This document shows, piece after piece, positions 28,093 through 37,986 of a stretch of DNA of 64,000 nucleotides. The notes beneath the pieces were generated by a model. The model did not search any database, was not told the DNA's origin, and saw only the letters and a list, made by a program, of their open reading frames with translations. A program made the translations under genes and the position numbers. The DNA is from a virus (Duplodnaviria; Caudoviricetes), in the IMG/VR virus record IMGVR_UViG_3300028197_000002; one strand, written 5' to 3'. Each line of letters starts with the position of its first letter. Positions within the stretch are counted from its first letter, which is position 1.

Positions 28093-28351
28093 CTTTATTC
28101 TCCTTAAATTTTCTTTTAAATTCTATCATTTCTTTTTTCCAAACTTCTTGCTCTTTTAATATTTTTTTTAATTTAATGTCTTCTTCCATTTTCTTTTGTG
28201 GATCTAAAGCCTGTCTTATCCTTAATAATCTTCCGCAAGAAAGACACTTGCAATTTTCTGCGTTTTCGTCTTTGTTTAAGATTTTCTTCCAATTGCAATA
28301 TTCGCAATAAAACATTTGGACTTTACTCATTATTTTCTTTTTCTTCGCCAA
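28085..28351 (-). CDS. Zinc-ribbon protein
   Basis: CEYC...CKCLSCG. Confidence 0.6.
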   Translation of the reverse strand: MAKKKKIMSKVQMFYCEYCNWKKILNKDENAENCKCLSCGRLLRIRQALDPQKKMEEDIKLKKILKEQEVWKKEMIEFKRKFKENKDE

Positions 28352-28661
28352 AATCTACTATGCTTTTAGCTTCTAAATAATTTAAATAAGTTGCTGCCCA
28401 TGTAGCTATGAAGCTTCCTGCCATGCCGCACATAAATACAACGAAAGGATCTTTAGATATTAAAAAATATCCACTTAAAAAACCAATCCAAGTCCCACAG
28501 CATTGATAGCAAGATACAAGTTTATCCAACCAAACAGGACATCTTTTTTCTATAAAGCCTCTAATCGGTCTAGCGATTGTTGCTGGGTCCACGATGATAT
28601 GAGTGAAGCCTATAACCGACAAAATAAATAAAAGTAAATTTGAAAAATGAATTTCAACCAT
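28323..28661 (-). CDS. DUF1360-like membrane protein
   Basis: Hydrophobic helices around LVSCYQCCGTWIG (CxxCxxxW). Confidence 0.7.
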   Translation of the reverse strand: MVEIHFSNLLLFILSVIGFTHIIVDPATIARPIRGFIEKRCPVWLDKLVSCYQCCGTWIGFLSGYFLISKDPFVVFMCGMAGSFIATWAATYLNYLEAKSIVDFGEEKENNE

Positions 28662-28665
28662 CTGA

Positions 28666-29037
28666 CTATCTCCAAAAAGTGATTTTTAATTTGTTTTCTT
28701 TTAGATAAGTTGAAAAACGAGGATAAAGGCTTTCGCTTTCTAAATTCAAATCCAACTCAGCATCCTCAATATCTAATTCCATGTTTTTTACAACATTTTT
28801 ATCTATTTTAGTAATAGTAACAGTAGTGCCTAAATACTTGGAAATTATGTCTTCATGGGCTTTTTTAGATTTATTTAAAAAGTCTAATTTTGCTTTTTGA
28901 CCCATAGCTCTAAGAACGGGAGACATTTGACTCAGTTTCCATTGGTCTCTAATGTGTCTTAAATCTGGTAATTTTTTCCATAGTTTACTATCATTAAATA
29001 TTAGTTCTTCTATGTTGTGAATATTTATTTCAACCAT
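28666..29037 (-). CDS. Hypothetical protein
   Basis: 123-aa ORF; TAATAT 6 nt before ATG. Confidence 0.65.
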   Translation of the reverse strand: MVEINIHNIEELIFNDSKLWKKLPDLRHIRDQWKLSQMSPVLRAMGQKAKLDFLNKSKKAHEDIISKYLGTTVTITKIDKNVVKNMELDIEDAELDLNLESESLYPRFSTYLKENKLKITFWR

Positions 29038-29084
29038 ACTCTTATATTAGAAGAAATTTGCAAATTTTACAAGGAGAATTTTAA

Positions 29085-30131
29085 ATGAATGACGAGTTTA
29101 GTCCGCAAAAAATAAATCCTGAAGACATCCAAAGTCCTCAGCCTGTTTCGTCGGCAAAAAACATAGAAACAGAGATGTTGCAAAACAATACAAAAGAAGG
29201 CGCACCAAAGTTTTCAGGCCCAGTTCCACCAGCATTTAAAAGTGCAGTTGCATCAAATAGAGGAGATGCGACATCTACATCTGCGACTAATAATCCACAA
29301 GAAATGAGAGTAACTGGAAGTTCAAAGTTAGAAGAATTAATTGCTGGAATTTCAGCAAGAGGTAATTTAGTTCATGAGAAAATTCTACTTCCCTCTAAGG
29401 GAAGATTTTATGATGGAGAAAATGGACCAGCTGATGGAGTAATTAATATAAGACCAATGACTGGAGAAGAAGAAGAGATATTGGCTACTCCAAGATTTGT
29501 AAAAAGAGGTCAAGCAATTGACATGATTTTCAATAAATGCATGAAAGAAAATTATGACTCAAAAAATTTCCTGACCCAAGACAGAACATACATGTTGATA
29601 TACCTTCGAGGTATTTCTTATACCCCTGAGTACGAAGTGGAAGTCAAAGACCCAGATTCTGATCAAACTTTTGCAACAAGCATAAATCTAAGTGAACTTT
29701 ATGTTGAATATTGTAAAGATGACTTTTCTTCAGAAAATCTTAGAGACACTCTTCCAGTTACAGGATATAGCTTTAGTTATAAGTTAGCCACTGGGAAGGA
29801 TGAAAAAACTGTTCAGGACTACAGAGACAGAAGAGCCAAGAACTTTGATTTATCTGGCCAAGCGGACGATACTCTTTTGTACAGAACAGCTCATATGATT
29901 TCTGAAATCGAAGGGTTGACTGATAAAACTGAGGTGCAAACGTTGCTTAAAAAGTTGCCCATTCAAGATGTTGCTTATCTTAGAACTGTTGTAAATGAAC
30001 CTCCTTTTGGAGTAGATACAAAGGTATCTGTCAACAACCCTTACACTATGAGTGATTTCGAAATGGAGTTACCTTTAGAAGCAAATTTTTTCTTCCCACG
30101 GGCAAAGAAGAAGGCAGTGACCCAAGCTTAG
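29085..30131 (+). CDS. Baseplate hub/tail assembly chaperone (gp26-like)
   Basis: ILLPSKGRFY, IRPMTGEEEEILAT, DRTYMLIYLRGISY, FGVDT, ends ELPLEANFFFP. Confidence 0.75.
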   Translation: MNDEFSPQKINPEDIQSPQPVSSAKNIETEMLQNNTKEGAPKFSGPVPPAFKSAVASNRGDATSTSATNNPQEMRVTGSSKLEELIAGISARGNLVHEKILLPSKGRFYDGENGPADGVINIRPMTGEEEEILATPRFVKRGQAIDMIFNKCMKENYDSKNFLTQDRTYMLIYLRGISYTPEYEVEVKDPDSDQTFATSINLSELYVEYCKDDFSSENLRDTLPVTGYSFSYKLATGKDEKTVQDYRDRRAKNFDLSGQADDTLLYRTAHMISEIEGLTDKTEVQTLLKKLPIQDVAYLRTVVNEPPFGVDTKVSVNNPYTMSDFEMELPLEANFFFPRAKKKAVTQA

Positions 30132-30148
30132 TCTTGTGGAACAATTTG

Positions 30149-30313
30149 ATGGAAGAGTTATTTTTTTTCATGTATCATTTGAAACAATCAAGAGATAATT
30201 TTATGTCTTTGCCCATAAATGAAAGAAAATGGCTTATTGACCGATTTGTTAAGCAAAAAGAAAAAGAAAATGAAGCAATGGAGTCTGCTAGGAGAAAGGC
30301 CAAAACAAGGTAA
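30149..30313 (+). CDS. gp51/T-like chaperone C-terminal ORF (not in ORF track), probably reached by -1 frameshift
   Basis: MEELFFFMYHLKQSRDNFMSLPINERKWLIDRFVKQKEKENEAMESARRKAKTR*; the frame is open from 30056 across the slippery site 30083-30092. Confidence 0.75.
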   Translation: MEELFFFMYHLKQSRDNFMSLPINERKWLIDRFVKQKEKENEAMESARRKAKTR

Positions 30314-30315
30314 AA

Positions 30316-31062
30316 ATGAATAAAGAAAGAAATCAGAACCTAGTAATAGGCGATACAGTAAACTTAAGATTATTTACTTATAATTCTAATAACAGACAAA
30401 ATGTAAGCTCTGTTGATAAAGTTGAAATATACTTTCTAGATCCAGAATTAATTTCTACAACTAACACTGATGGTCGAAGATTAGTAGCCACAATAGGTAG
30501 CGACCAAGTTCAAATAGTAGACGATCCTTTTGGAGGTCAGTACTTAGTAAGCGATGTCTTAGAAGATCAGGTTTATACGATTGGAAATTACAAGGATGTG
30601 TGGACGGTATCTTTCAATGCGGATCAACAAGGAACTGTTGAAAATTCATTTAATATAATGCCTAATTTATGGTATGCATCAGATACGCCTATAATATATG
30701 ATTTTTCTTTTGGGTTTAGACCAAATAGATTAAGAAAAGGAGAAAGAAGGTGGATTAACATTTATGTTGAGCCAAACGTACCGGAAATTTCTGATTTAAA
30801 AAGATATTATGCGAACCTAGCTGTTTCTTCTCCTTTATATTTAAATATAGAGCAGATTTGTGGAGATTGTGTGCCAAATGAAAAAGATTTAAGAATGGTA
30901 GTTGAAAATGAATTAGTCACCAACAGGAGAGGAACAGAAGGCAGTTATTTTATCGACACTGAAAAATTAGATATGGATCTTGGAATGTACAACATCTGGT
31001 TCGAAATGGAATTTGGAGAAAACAAATATATCTCTGACAATTTACAATTACAAGTATTTTAA
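30316..31062 (+). CDS. Putative baseplate/structural protein
   Basis: 248 aa, beta-rich, coupled with the tail fibre genes. Confidence 0.55.
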   Translation: MNKERNQNLVIGDTVNLRLFTYNSNNRQNVSSVDKVEIYFLDPELISTTNTDGRRLVATIGSDQVQIVDDPFGGQYLVSDVLEDQVYTIGNYKDVWTVSFNADQQGTVENSFNIMPNLWYASDTPIIYDFSFGFRPNRLRKGERRWINIYVEPNVPEISDLKRYYANLAVSSPLYLNIEQICGDCVPNEKDLRMVVENELVTNRRGTEGSYFIDTEKLDMDLGMYNIWFEMEFGENKYISDNLQLQVF

Positions 31063-31065
31063 AAA

Positions 31066-32550
31066 ATGGGCGCACAAACTTTAATAAAATTTAGACGAGG
31101 AACAGATACTGACTGGTCAAATGCTAACCCTACTTTATCCGTAGGAGAGCCAGGATATGACACGACAGCTGAAAAATTTAAAATTGGTGATGGAACAACT
31201 TCATGGTCATCACTTGGATACATAGGCGATGGCAATAGTGGAATAGATGGTTCTGGGACTTCTGGTAATATACCTAAGTTTAGCGATAGTGATACTATCG
31301 GTGATAGTGTGATTAAAGAATCGTCTGGTGGCGAGATAGGAATTGGAAGCATAACTCCAGCAGTTAAAGGCTCAGGAGCAACTGCTCTTTTGGATGTAGA
31401 TGGTCCTATTTTGGCTAGAGGGGGAGTCTCTGCTAATCAAACAGATGCAGGAGTTTTAGATTACGCTAGTAACATATTAAGAGTAAGAGCATACGGAAAC
31501 ACAAGTGGAACAGGCGAAATACAATGGAGAGTAGGTGGAGGTGGTGGTTCTGCTGATGCTCTTGGGATGTACCTTAATAGTTCGAAAGATCTTACTCATT
31601 ACGGCGACACAGCGTTAATTGCCGATGCCAGTTCTTATGAATTAAGCATTAGTGGTTCTGCTGCAACTTTAGGAGGAAATAGACTTCAGCTCTTAGGTGC
31701 TGAGACCGTGGTTAACAATGCCGGATCAACCATTGATTTCAGAGTTGAAGGTGATACTGATGCAAATCTACTATTTGTTGATGCTGATACAGATAGAGTT
31801 GGTATTGGAACGTCATCACCTTCTAGAAAATTACATGTTGTTGGAGATTTATTAATTGATGATGGTAGCGCTATAGTTCTTGATGCTAATGGTCTTAAAA
31901 TTACAGATGATACTATAGGGGCTACTTTAGACTCCAATTGTAGCGATGCTATAGTCATTGGAGAAGGAGCTAGAAATTATTCAGATAAATCTATTAACAT
32001 TGCAAATGGTAGATTTTCTAATAATGGAGATTGTCAAAAAATAAGTCAGGTGTTAAGAGGGTCGACTACTGATGCTAGTAGATTCTATCTATCTACTGAC
32101 GGAAGTCAGGCTGGAGTAATCCATAGCGGAGCTGTGTTTTTGGCAGGAACAGCGTATGGCAATATTGCTGGTATAGTTTTGCCAGATAACGCAGTATTTA
32201 CTTTTTCAATAAATATTTCTTGCAGAAAGCAAAGCAGCAACGATTCTGCCGCTTGGATAATTAAAGGCGCTGTCCGGAACAGTAGTGGTTGGGGCGGATC
32301 GAGCCAGACACTCTTCTCTGAAGCTTCGGTTACTTCAACAATGAATTACAATTTAATAGGCTCTCCTATTATAGAAAGCTTTATTGATTCTGGTTTAAGT
32401 GGAATAACTGCGGAGGTGACAACTTCGTACTACAATTCAGACACAACAAATTCTGTATCTAATGCATGGTTTGGTATAGAAGTTCATGGACTTGCCTCTA
32501 CTAACTTAAGATGGTCCGCTATGGTCGATGGTATACTTACTACATATTAG
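31066..32550 (+). CDS. Tail fibre/spike protein 1 with Mtd_N-type N-terminus
   Basis: IKFRRGT..WS.ANPTL..GEPGYDT...FKIGDG.T.W; repeated V/IGIG beta-strand motifs. Confidence 0.85.
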   Translation: MGAQTLIKFRRGTDTDWSNANPTLSVGEPGYDTTAEKFKIGDGTTSWSSLGYIGDGNSGIDGSGTSGNIPKFSDSDTIGDSVIKESSGGEIGIGSITPAVKGSGATALLDVDGPILARGGVSANQTDAGVLDYASNILRVRAYGNTSGTGEIQWRVGGGGGSADALGMYLNSSKDLTHYGDTALIADASSYELSISGSAATLGGNRLQLLGAETVVNNAGSTIDFRVEGDTDANLLFVDADTDRVGIGTSSPSRKLHVVGDLLIDDGSAIVLDANGLKITDDTIGATLDSNCSDAIVIGEGARNYSDKSINIANGRFSNNGDCQKISQVLRGSTTDASRFYLSTDGSQAGVIHSGAVFLAGTAYGNIAGIVLPDNAVFTFSINISCRKQSSNDSAAWIIKGAVRNSSGWGGSSQTLFSEASVTSTMNYNLIGSPIIESFIDSGLSGITAEVTTSYYNSDTTNSVSNAWFGIEVHGLASTNLRWSAMVDGILTTY

Positions 32551-32553
32551 GAG

Positions 32554-32877
32554 ATGATAATGGGAATTTTTGATAATAATATGACAACAGAGAATAAATC
32601 TAAAGATATAGCTGATTCTCTTGTCAATATAACAAAAAATACTTTTGATAAAATAAAAATATCTTATTCCCAAGGAGTGCAGACGTTTTGGAATAACCCT
32701 AAAGCAACACCACAAGAAATCGCAGAGGCTTTAGGAACAAACGCCTCAGAGGTTTTTTCTTTACATTACAACTTAGGAGCACTTATTGCCACTATAGATC
32801 CAAGTTTTTTAGAAAACACCGCAAACCTTATTGGCAATTTCACACAAAATGAAGATGGAACAGTAACTATCAACTAG
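32554..32877 (+). CDS. Small tail-fibre-associated protein
   Basis: 107 aa between the two fibre genes; AGGAG SD. Confidence 0.55.
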   Translation: MIMGIFDNNMTTENKSKDIADSLVNITKNTFDKIKISYSQGVQTFWNNPKATPQEIAEALGTNASEVFSLHYNLGALIATIDPSFLENTANLIGNFTQNEDGTVTIN

Positions 32878-32885
32878 GTAAAAAA

Positions 32886-34970
32886 ATGACAGTAGATTAT
32901 GGATCTCATGATTTAACAACTACAGGAGATGTTGGAATCAACACATCTTCTCCAAGCTTTAAGTTAGATGTCAATGGAACATTTAGCGCGAACAGTGTAA
33001 ACGTAAATGATGCATTTACCTTACCTACATCTGATGGTGCTCAAAATCAAATTCTGGTCACTGATGGATCTGGAAATGTGGCTTGGAGCACCTTGTCTTC
33101 TTCTGGTATAGACGGATCTGGAACTGCTGGCCAAGTGCCTAAGTTTAGCGATAGTGATACTTTAACTGATAGTGTTATTTCAGAATTGTCCAATAATGTA
33201 GGAATTGGAACAGCGAGTCCATCTGAAAAACTACATGTCGATGGAACCATCAGAGCAGACGATGGCATTGGAACTGAACAAGAATCCAGCACATTCATGA
33301 CATACCCCGGAGGAGGTCTTTATAGAACTGCAACTAGTACGAAAACTGGGTATATTAAAATAACAATGCCGCAATCTTGGCTTGCAGTCATGATAAAAAT
33401 GAGTTTTGATCTCTATGAATACAGCGCTCAAGACTTTACTACTTTTAAACTTTCTGGGTACATGTACACAAGCAGTGGGGGACAATGGATTAACACCGCT
33501 ACAAGTATGGACTCAAATTATGCAAATGATGTTAGATACTATGTTAGATTTGGACACGATGGAACTTACTGTGCTATTTACATATCAAAATGCGATGCCG
33601 CAGGAACAGATTTAGCCGAAACTAGTACTTGGAGTTATCCTCAAGCAGTCGTTAGAGATGTTCATGCTTCATTTTCAGGCACGTATGGTACTATGGATCG
33701 CTGGGCTGATGGTTGGGATGTTGATTTCACTACGACTCTTGGCACGATTACTGCAACCAGAGCTATAGGCAGAGCGTACCATATGCATGAAGCAGGCTAT
33801 GTTTTTAATGAATTGGGAGAAGATGTCGATTTTAGAATTGAGGGAAGTTCTGACACTAGTCTTTTTGTTGTCGATGGAGGTCTTGACAAAATTGGAATTG
33901 GAGAATCCTCTCCTAATTGCAAACTAACTATTGGTGAAAATATTGATTCTGGAATTGTTAATCCCGGAATATCTATAAATTTGGAAGGCGTGAATAAGCC
34001 ATCATTTACAACAAGAAGAACTACTTCTAATCCTGTCTTCTCTATTATGCCTTATTTGGGACAGACATATCTTTCTACTGGGTGTTACTATAACGGATCT
34101 AATTGGATACATTCTTCTTCAAATGCTTATAACAACATACTTGTTCTAGAACCCATATCGGGAGCTAATTGGTATTGTGGTGGCAACAGTAGCACTATAA
34201 ATAGCATTGCAAGCAATAAAAATCTATGGGACAGAACAGGCGCATGGAAGGCAGACATAAACACTTCTTCACTACAAGTTAATAGTGCGTTCACATTTCC
34301 TACATCTGATGGCTCTGCAAATCAGATCTTAAAAACTGACGGATCTGGAACCGTGACTTGGGCAGATGATGGATTTAATTTAATATCTGAAAGTGCTGAT
34401 ACGGTTACTATATCTGGAAATCTTGCTGTTTCTGGGACCACAACAACAATTAATTCAACAACAGTAACAGTAGATGATAAAAACATTGAATTAGGATCTA
34501 ATGCTAGTCCAACTGATGTAACTGCTAACGGTGGTGGGATAACACTAAAAGGATCTACAGATAAGACTATCATATGGGATAGCACTAATTCTAACTGGAC
34601 TTCCAGTGAGAATTTTAATATTGCTTCAGGAAAAGAATTTAAAATAAATAATGTGGCGATTTCAACAGCCAAAGCTTGGTGCTACTTCGGGGGCGGCACA
34701 AGTCCCTACATCGTTAGAGACTTTAATGTTAGTAGCGTAGCTGATGTCTCCGGAGGAAACTTTGGACAATATGTTGTTAATTTTGAGAATAACATGTCTA
34801 CTTCTAGTTATGTCTGTGTGACAGCTGGTGCTGTTACAACTGACGGTAGGGTAGCTACAGTTTGGGCCAATGCTAAAAGTACAAGCAGTGTCAATATCTT
34901 TGGATTGCCAAATTATGGCACCATAGCTTATGTTGACATAGGCGGTATGGACATAGCAATTTTTGAATAA
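32886..34970 (+). CDS. Tail fibre protein 2 (modular)
   Basis: Repeated AFT.PTSDG..NQIL.TDGSG modules, TTTINSTTVTVDDKNIELG, C-terminal AKAW..F..FNVSSV.D. Confidence 0.85.
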   Translation: MTVDYGSHDLTTTGDVGINTSSPSFKLDVNGTFSANSVNVNDAFTLPTSDGAQNQILVTDGSGNVAWSTLSSSGIDGSGTAGQVPKFSDSDTLTDSVISELSNNVGIGTASPSEKLHVDGTIRADDGIGTEQESSTFMTYPGGGLYRTATSTKTGYIKITMPQSWLAVMIKMSFDLYEYSAQDFTTFKLSGYMYTSSGGQWINTATSMDSNYANDVRYYVRFGHDGTYCAIYISKCDAAGTDLAETSTWSYPQAVVRDVHASFSGTYGTMDRWADGWDVDFTTTLGTITATRAIGRAYHMHEAGYVFNELGEDVDFRIEGSSDTSLFVVDGGLDKIGIGESSPNCKLTIGENIDSGIVNPGISINLEGVNKPSFTTRRTTSNPVFSIMPYLGQTYLSTGCYYNGSNWIHSSSNAYNNILVLEPISGANWYCGGNSSTINSIASNKNLWDRTGAWKADINTSSLQVNSAFTFPTSDGSANQILKTDGSGTVTWADDGFNLISESADTVTISGNLAVSGTTTTINSTTVTVDDKNIELGSNASPTDVTANGGGITLKGSTDKTIIWDSTNSNWTSSENFNIASGKEFKINNVAISTAKAWCYFGGGTSPYIVRDFNVSSVADVSGGNFGQYVVNFENNMSTSSYVCVTAGAVTTDGRVATVWANAKSTSSVNIFGLPNYGTIAYVDIGGMDIAIFE

Positions 34971-34981
34971 GGAATAAAAAA

Positions 34982-35230
34982 ATGAAAAGAATAATTTATC
35001 CAAATGATGATAGTGGAGTTGCGATTGTTATTCCATCTCCAAATACAAAATATACAATAGATGAAATTGCCCTTAAGGATGTTCCTGCTGGGAAGCCATA
35101 TCATATCATAGAAGAAACAGACGTTCCTACAGATAGAACTTTCCGCAGTGCTTGGGAAGCTGACTTCACTGAGCCTGAAGGTTTTGGTATAGGAGCAGAC
35201 GAGTTCTTTAGATTAGGCTATGGAGGATAA
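34982..35230 (+). CDS. Tail fibre assembly-associated protein
   Basis: RIIYPNDDSGVAIVIPS..IALKDVPAGKPY..DRTFRSAWE; common downstream of fibre genes. Confidence 0.7.
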   Translation: MKRIIYPNDDSGVAIVIPSPNTKYTIDEIALKDVPAGKPYHIIEETDVPTDRTFRSAWEADFTEPEGFGIGADEFFRLGYGG

Positions 35231-35840
35231 TATGAATATAAGTGTTAATATGCAAAAAGCTAAAGAAGTATGGAGAGATAAAATTCGGCAGGATAGAGAG
35301 TCTTATTTTACTTCTTTAGATGTAGACTACCTTAAAGCTACAGAAGCACAGAATGTCACCTTGAAAAATGACATAGAAGAAAGAAAGCAACTACTTAGGG
35401 ATGCTCCAGAAGATGATAGAATTGAAAGTGCCACAACACCAGAAGAATTGAAAGTTGTTGATCCTGTAAAAGAGGCTATGTATATTTCAGATATAGACAA
35501 AGCAAAAAGGGACAAACTAACAGAGATTGATGAAGCTTGGAAAGTTACGTTAAACAATGGATGGCAAACGCCAGAAGGTTGGAGTCTTGGTATTCATACA
35601 GATGATGTAGCCTTATTGAGTGCTGCCTATGCTCTTGCTAAAGAGGCCGCGTCGTTAGGTTATACAGACCCTGTTGTTATTTCGGATACAAATAGTGAAC
35701 TTCATTCATTGGACGTAGCAGAGATGACACCCTTGATGTTGGCTTATGGAGCAGCGAGAACGCAACTTAGTGGGGCAGATGCCGCTAGAAGAAAACTTGT
35801 TAAAAATGCTACAACCATAGAAGAATTAGTAGGAATATAA
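35220..35840 (+). CDS. Tail fibre chaperone, DUF4376-like C-terminus
   Basis: VNMQKAKEVWRDKIR..LDVDY..KQLLRDAP; KRDKLTEID..; RRKLVKNATTIEEL. Confidence 0.65.
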   Translation: MEDNMNISVNMQKAKEVWRDKIRQDRESYFTSLDVDYLKATEAQNVTLKNDIEERKQLLRDAPEDDRIESATTPEELKVVDPVKEAMYISDIDKAKRDKLTEIDEAWKVTLNNGWQTPEGWSLGIHTDDVALLSAAYALAKEAASLGYTDPVVISDTNSELHSLDVAEMTPLMLAYGAARTQLSGADAARRKLVKNATTIEELVGI

Positions 35841-35883
35841 CATGAGTGTAGCCATAATTATAAAATATTTACTATAATATTTT

Positions 35884-36444
35884 ATGGATGATATAGAAAT
35901 AGAAAATCTTTTAGAAAATACTAAAAGCAAAAAAATAAAATCTAAGCCAAAAGGCAAAAGAGTTGAGCTTCAATTAGCGAAAGATTTAAATGAAAGATTT
36001 GATTCCATTTTTACAAAAAATCCAAAATGGGGAAAATTTTCTAGGACCATAGGATCAGGAAATCGTTGGGGGCAGAATGTTCATTTGTCAAAAGCCTCAA
36101 TGGACAACTTTTCTGGAGATCTGGTTTGCCCTCCTTCTTTTAAATTTGTAATTGAATCAAAAGGAGGATACAACGAAATAGATCTTTGCTCTGCTTTTTC
36201 AAAAGGAAATTCTGAGCTAGATTCTTTTTTAAAGCAAGTTTCTGATGATTCCGAAAGAACAGGAAGAAAACCTTTGTTGTTCTGGAAAAAAGATAGAAAG
36301 CCTAGGTTGTCTTTTTTAAAGATAAAAGATATAGGAAATATAAATAAATTATCTTTTGACTACCACATGAAATATAAAGATTGGATAGTTATAGAATATA
36401 AAGATTTAATTAGTTTTAAAGATGACTTTTTTTTTGAAAACTAG
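35884..36444 (+). CDS. Holliday junction resolvase-like PD-(D/E)xK nuclease
   Basis: KGKRVELQLAK, FSRTIGSG, SGDLV, VIESK. Confidence 0.8.
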   Translation: MDDIEIENLLENTKSKKIKSKPKGKRVELQLAKDLNERFDSIFTKNPKWGKFSRTIGSGNRWGQNVHLSKASMDNFSGDLVCPPSFKFVIESKGGYNEIDLCSAFSKGNSELDSFLKQVSDDSERTGRKPLLFWKKDRKPRLSFLKIKDIGNINKLSFDYHMKYKDWIVIEYKDLISFKDDFFFEN

Positions 36445-36785
36445 ATTTTATTTACAGGAACCTCTAAATTGCTTAAGATTTTTTCTATCTCTGAAACACA
36501 AGACTGCAAGACGTTTTCTAGTTTGTTTTCTACTTCTACGCTTTTTTTTATATTATATCCACATTTTTGTAGAGTTTCCAAATGCTTGACTTGATCATTT
36601 GGCACTTTTGATCTAATTATTCTTCTTATTTCTTTTACAATGTTATCTGCTGCTCTATTGATATCTCTAGAGCCTATGTTGTCCAGATTATCTATCAAAT
36701 CTTGAATAGCATTTAATATGTCTCCAATTCTTCCTGTTAGATAAACAGTATTTTCATTTAATATAAATTCTTTAAAATTAATCAT
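36441..36785 (-). CDS. Helical protein with CTS-like N-terminus
   Basis: MINFKEFILNE. Confidence 0.65.
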   Translation of the reverse strand: MINFKEFILNENTVYLTGRIGDILNAIQDLIDNLDNIGSRDINRAADNIVKEIRRIIRSKVPNDQVKHLETLQKCGYNIKKSVEVENKLENVLQSCVSEIEKILSNLEVPVNKI

Positions 36786-37200
36786 CGTTTGCCAACTTAA
36801 CTTCTGATTTGGGTTTCTTTTTATTCTTTACATTTTTACCTAATTTCAAGTTCTTTACACTTCGAACACAAGCTCTTGCTTCTTCCATAGAATCGGTCGA
36901 TCCTTGGTGAAATAGGTCTTTTGCGGTATTTAAATTTTTAATGCTATATTCTAAAACAGCATCTTCAATTATATACCCTTCTTCGGTGTATTTTTGATGC
37001 TGAGTTTTGGGAACATTGAAACAACCAAAGCACATTTTTGAATAGTTGTTGTTGTCAACAAAAGGGGAAGATCTGTGGGAAACCACATACAAATCCATTT
37101 TTTGATTACAAATTGGACAATTTTTAAATGCTTTTTTCACACTTGTTTTTGTTGCTTTTTTTCTTGACATTTTTGTAATTTTTAGATTAATTTTTTTCAT
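36778..37200 (-). CDS. Zinc-finger hypothetical protein
   Basis: CPIC...CFGC; TAAAAT-N6-ATG. Confidence 0.6.
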   Translation of the reverse strand: MKKINLKITKMSRKKATKTSVKKAFKNCPICNQKMDLYVVSHRSSPFVDNNNYSKMCFGCFNVPKTQHQKYTEEGYIIEDAVLEYSIKNLNTAKDLFHQGSTDSMEEARACVRSVKNLKLGKNVKNKKKPKSEVKLANDD

Positions 37201-37236
37201 AAGTCAATTTTATATTAAAAAAAATTAAAGTAAAGT

Positions 37237-37986
37237 CTATTTGTATTTTAAAATAAAATCCAAAGCTTCACTCTCAAATATAGAAGACAATAACTCAGCA
37301 TTGGGGATAATGCAATGACCTCCAATTTTATTGTTTTCAGGAGGAATTAAATTTGGCCTTGAAAATATTTTTTTTCCTAATTCCTCGTATCCTTCATTGT
37401 AAGTTTCATTCCATTTTTTTATAATATCAAAATTCAAATTTTGTTTATCAAAATGTTTTTTCATTTCTCCATGAAAAGCAATGCATAGCCCATAATAAGT
37501 TGTGCTATATAACTTGGCCAACTCAGTATTTGAAGATCCTAAAATTAAATCGTATTTTAAATTCAAATCCTCAAAATGTTTTTTAGATAATTCTTTTTCT
37601 TCTTCATTTTGATAGCCTATGTATTTGACAAAAGTTTTCAAAGCTTGATATAGATTAGGATGGATGCCTCTTACAGGCGAATGGACCACAGGCAATGATG
37701 ATATTTTTCTTATTTTATTAGTTACATCAGGTAGCGTTGTAGAATGTATTATTGTTAAATTAGGTTTGTATTGAAACATCACCTCTGCAACAGTGTTTAT
37801 AAAATTATCTTCATCTTCAAAAGATATGCAAATGTTTAATATTTCTATATTTTTAAAATCATCAAGATGTTTGTCGCAAGAATAAGGGTCTCTGATTTTT
37901 ATTTCAAAATCAGATTTAAAATCTTGGTAAATCTTAGAAATAGATTTGCCAATTTCTCCATGTCCTAAAATTCCTATTTTTTTCAT
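37237..37986 (-). CDS. UDP-glucose/GDP-mannose dehydrogenase-family protein (C-terminally short)
   Basis: IGILGHGEIG Rossmann motif, IIHST, HSPVRG, TELAKL, IGGHCI. Confidence 0.8.
   Translation of the reverse strand: MKKIGILGHGEIGKSISKIYQDFKSDFEIKIRDPYSCDKHLDDFKNIEILNICISFEDEDNFINTVAEVMFQYKPNLTIIHSTTLPDVTNKIRKISSLPVVHSPVRGIHPNLYQALKTFVKYIGYQNEEEKELSKKHFEDLNLKYDLILGSSNTELAKLYSTTYYGLCIAFHGEMKKHFDKQNLNFDIIKKWNETYNEGYEELGKKIFSRPNLIPPENNKIGGHCIIPNAELLSSIFESEALDFILKYK

Noticed and set aside
29054-29067. Perfect 14-bp palindrome AAATTTGCAAATTT between divergent genes
   Set aside because: It is AT-rich and I saw no second copy, so chance cannot be excluded.
31066-32550. Diversity-generating retroelement suggested by the Mtd_N domain
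   Set aside because: No reverse transcriptase, and no TR/VR repeat pair with adenine-specific mismatches, is visible in the window.
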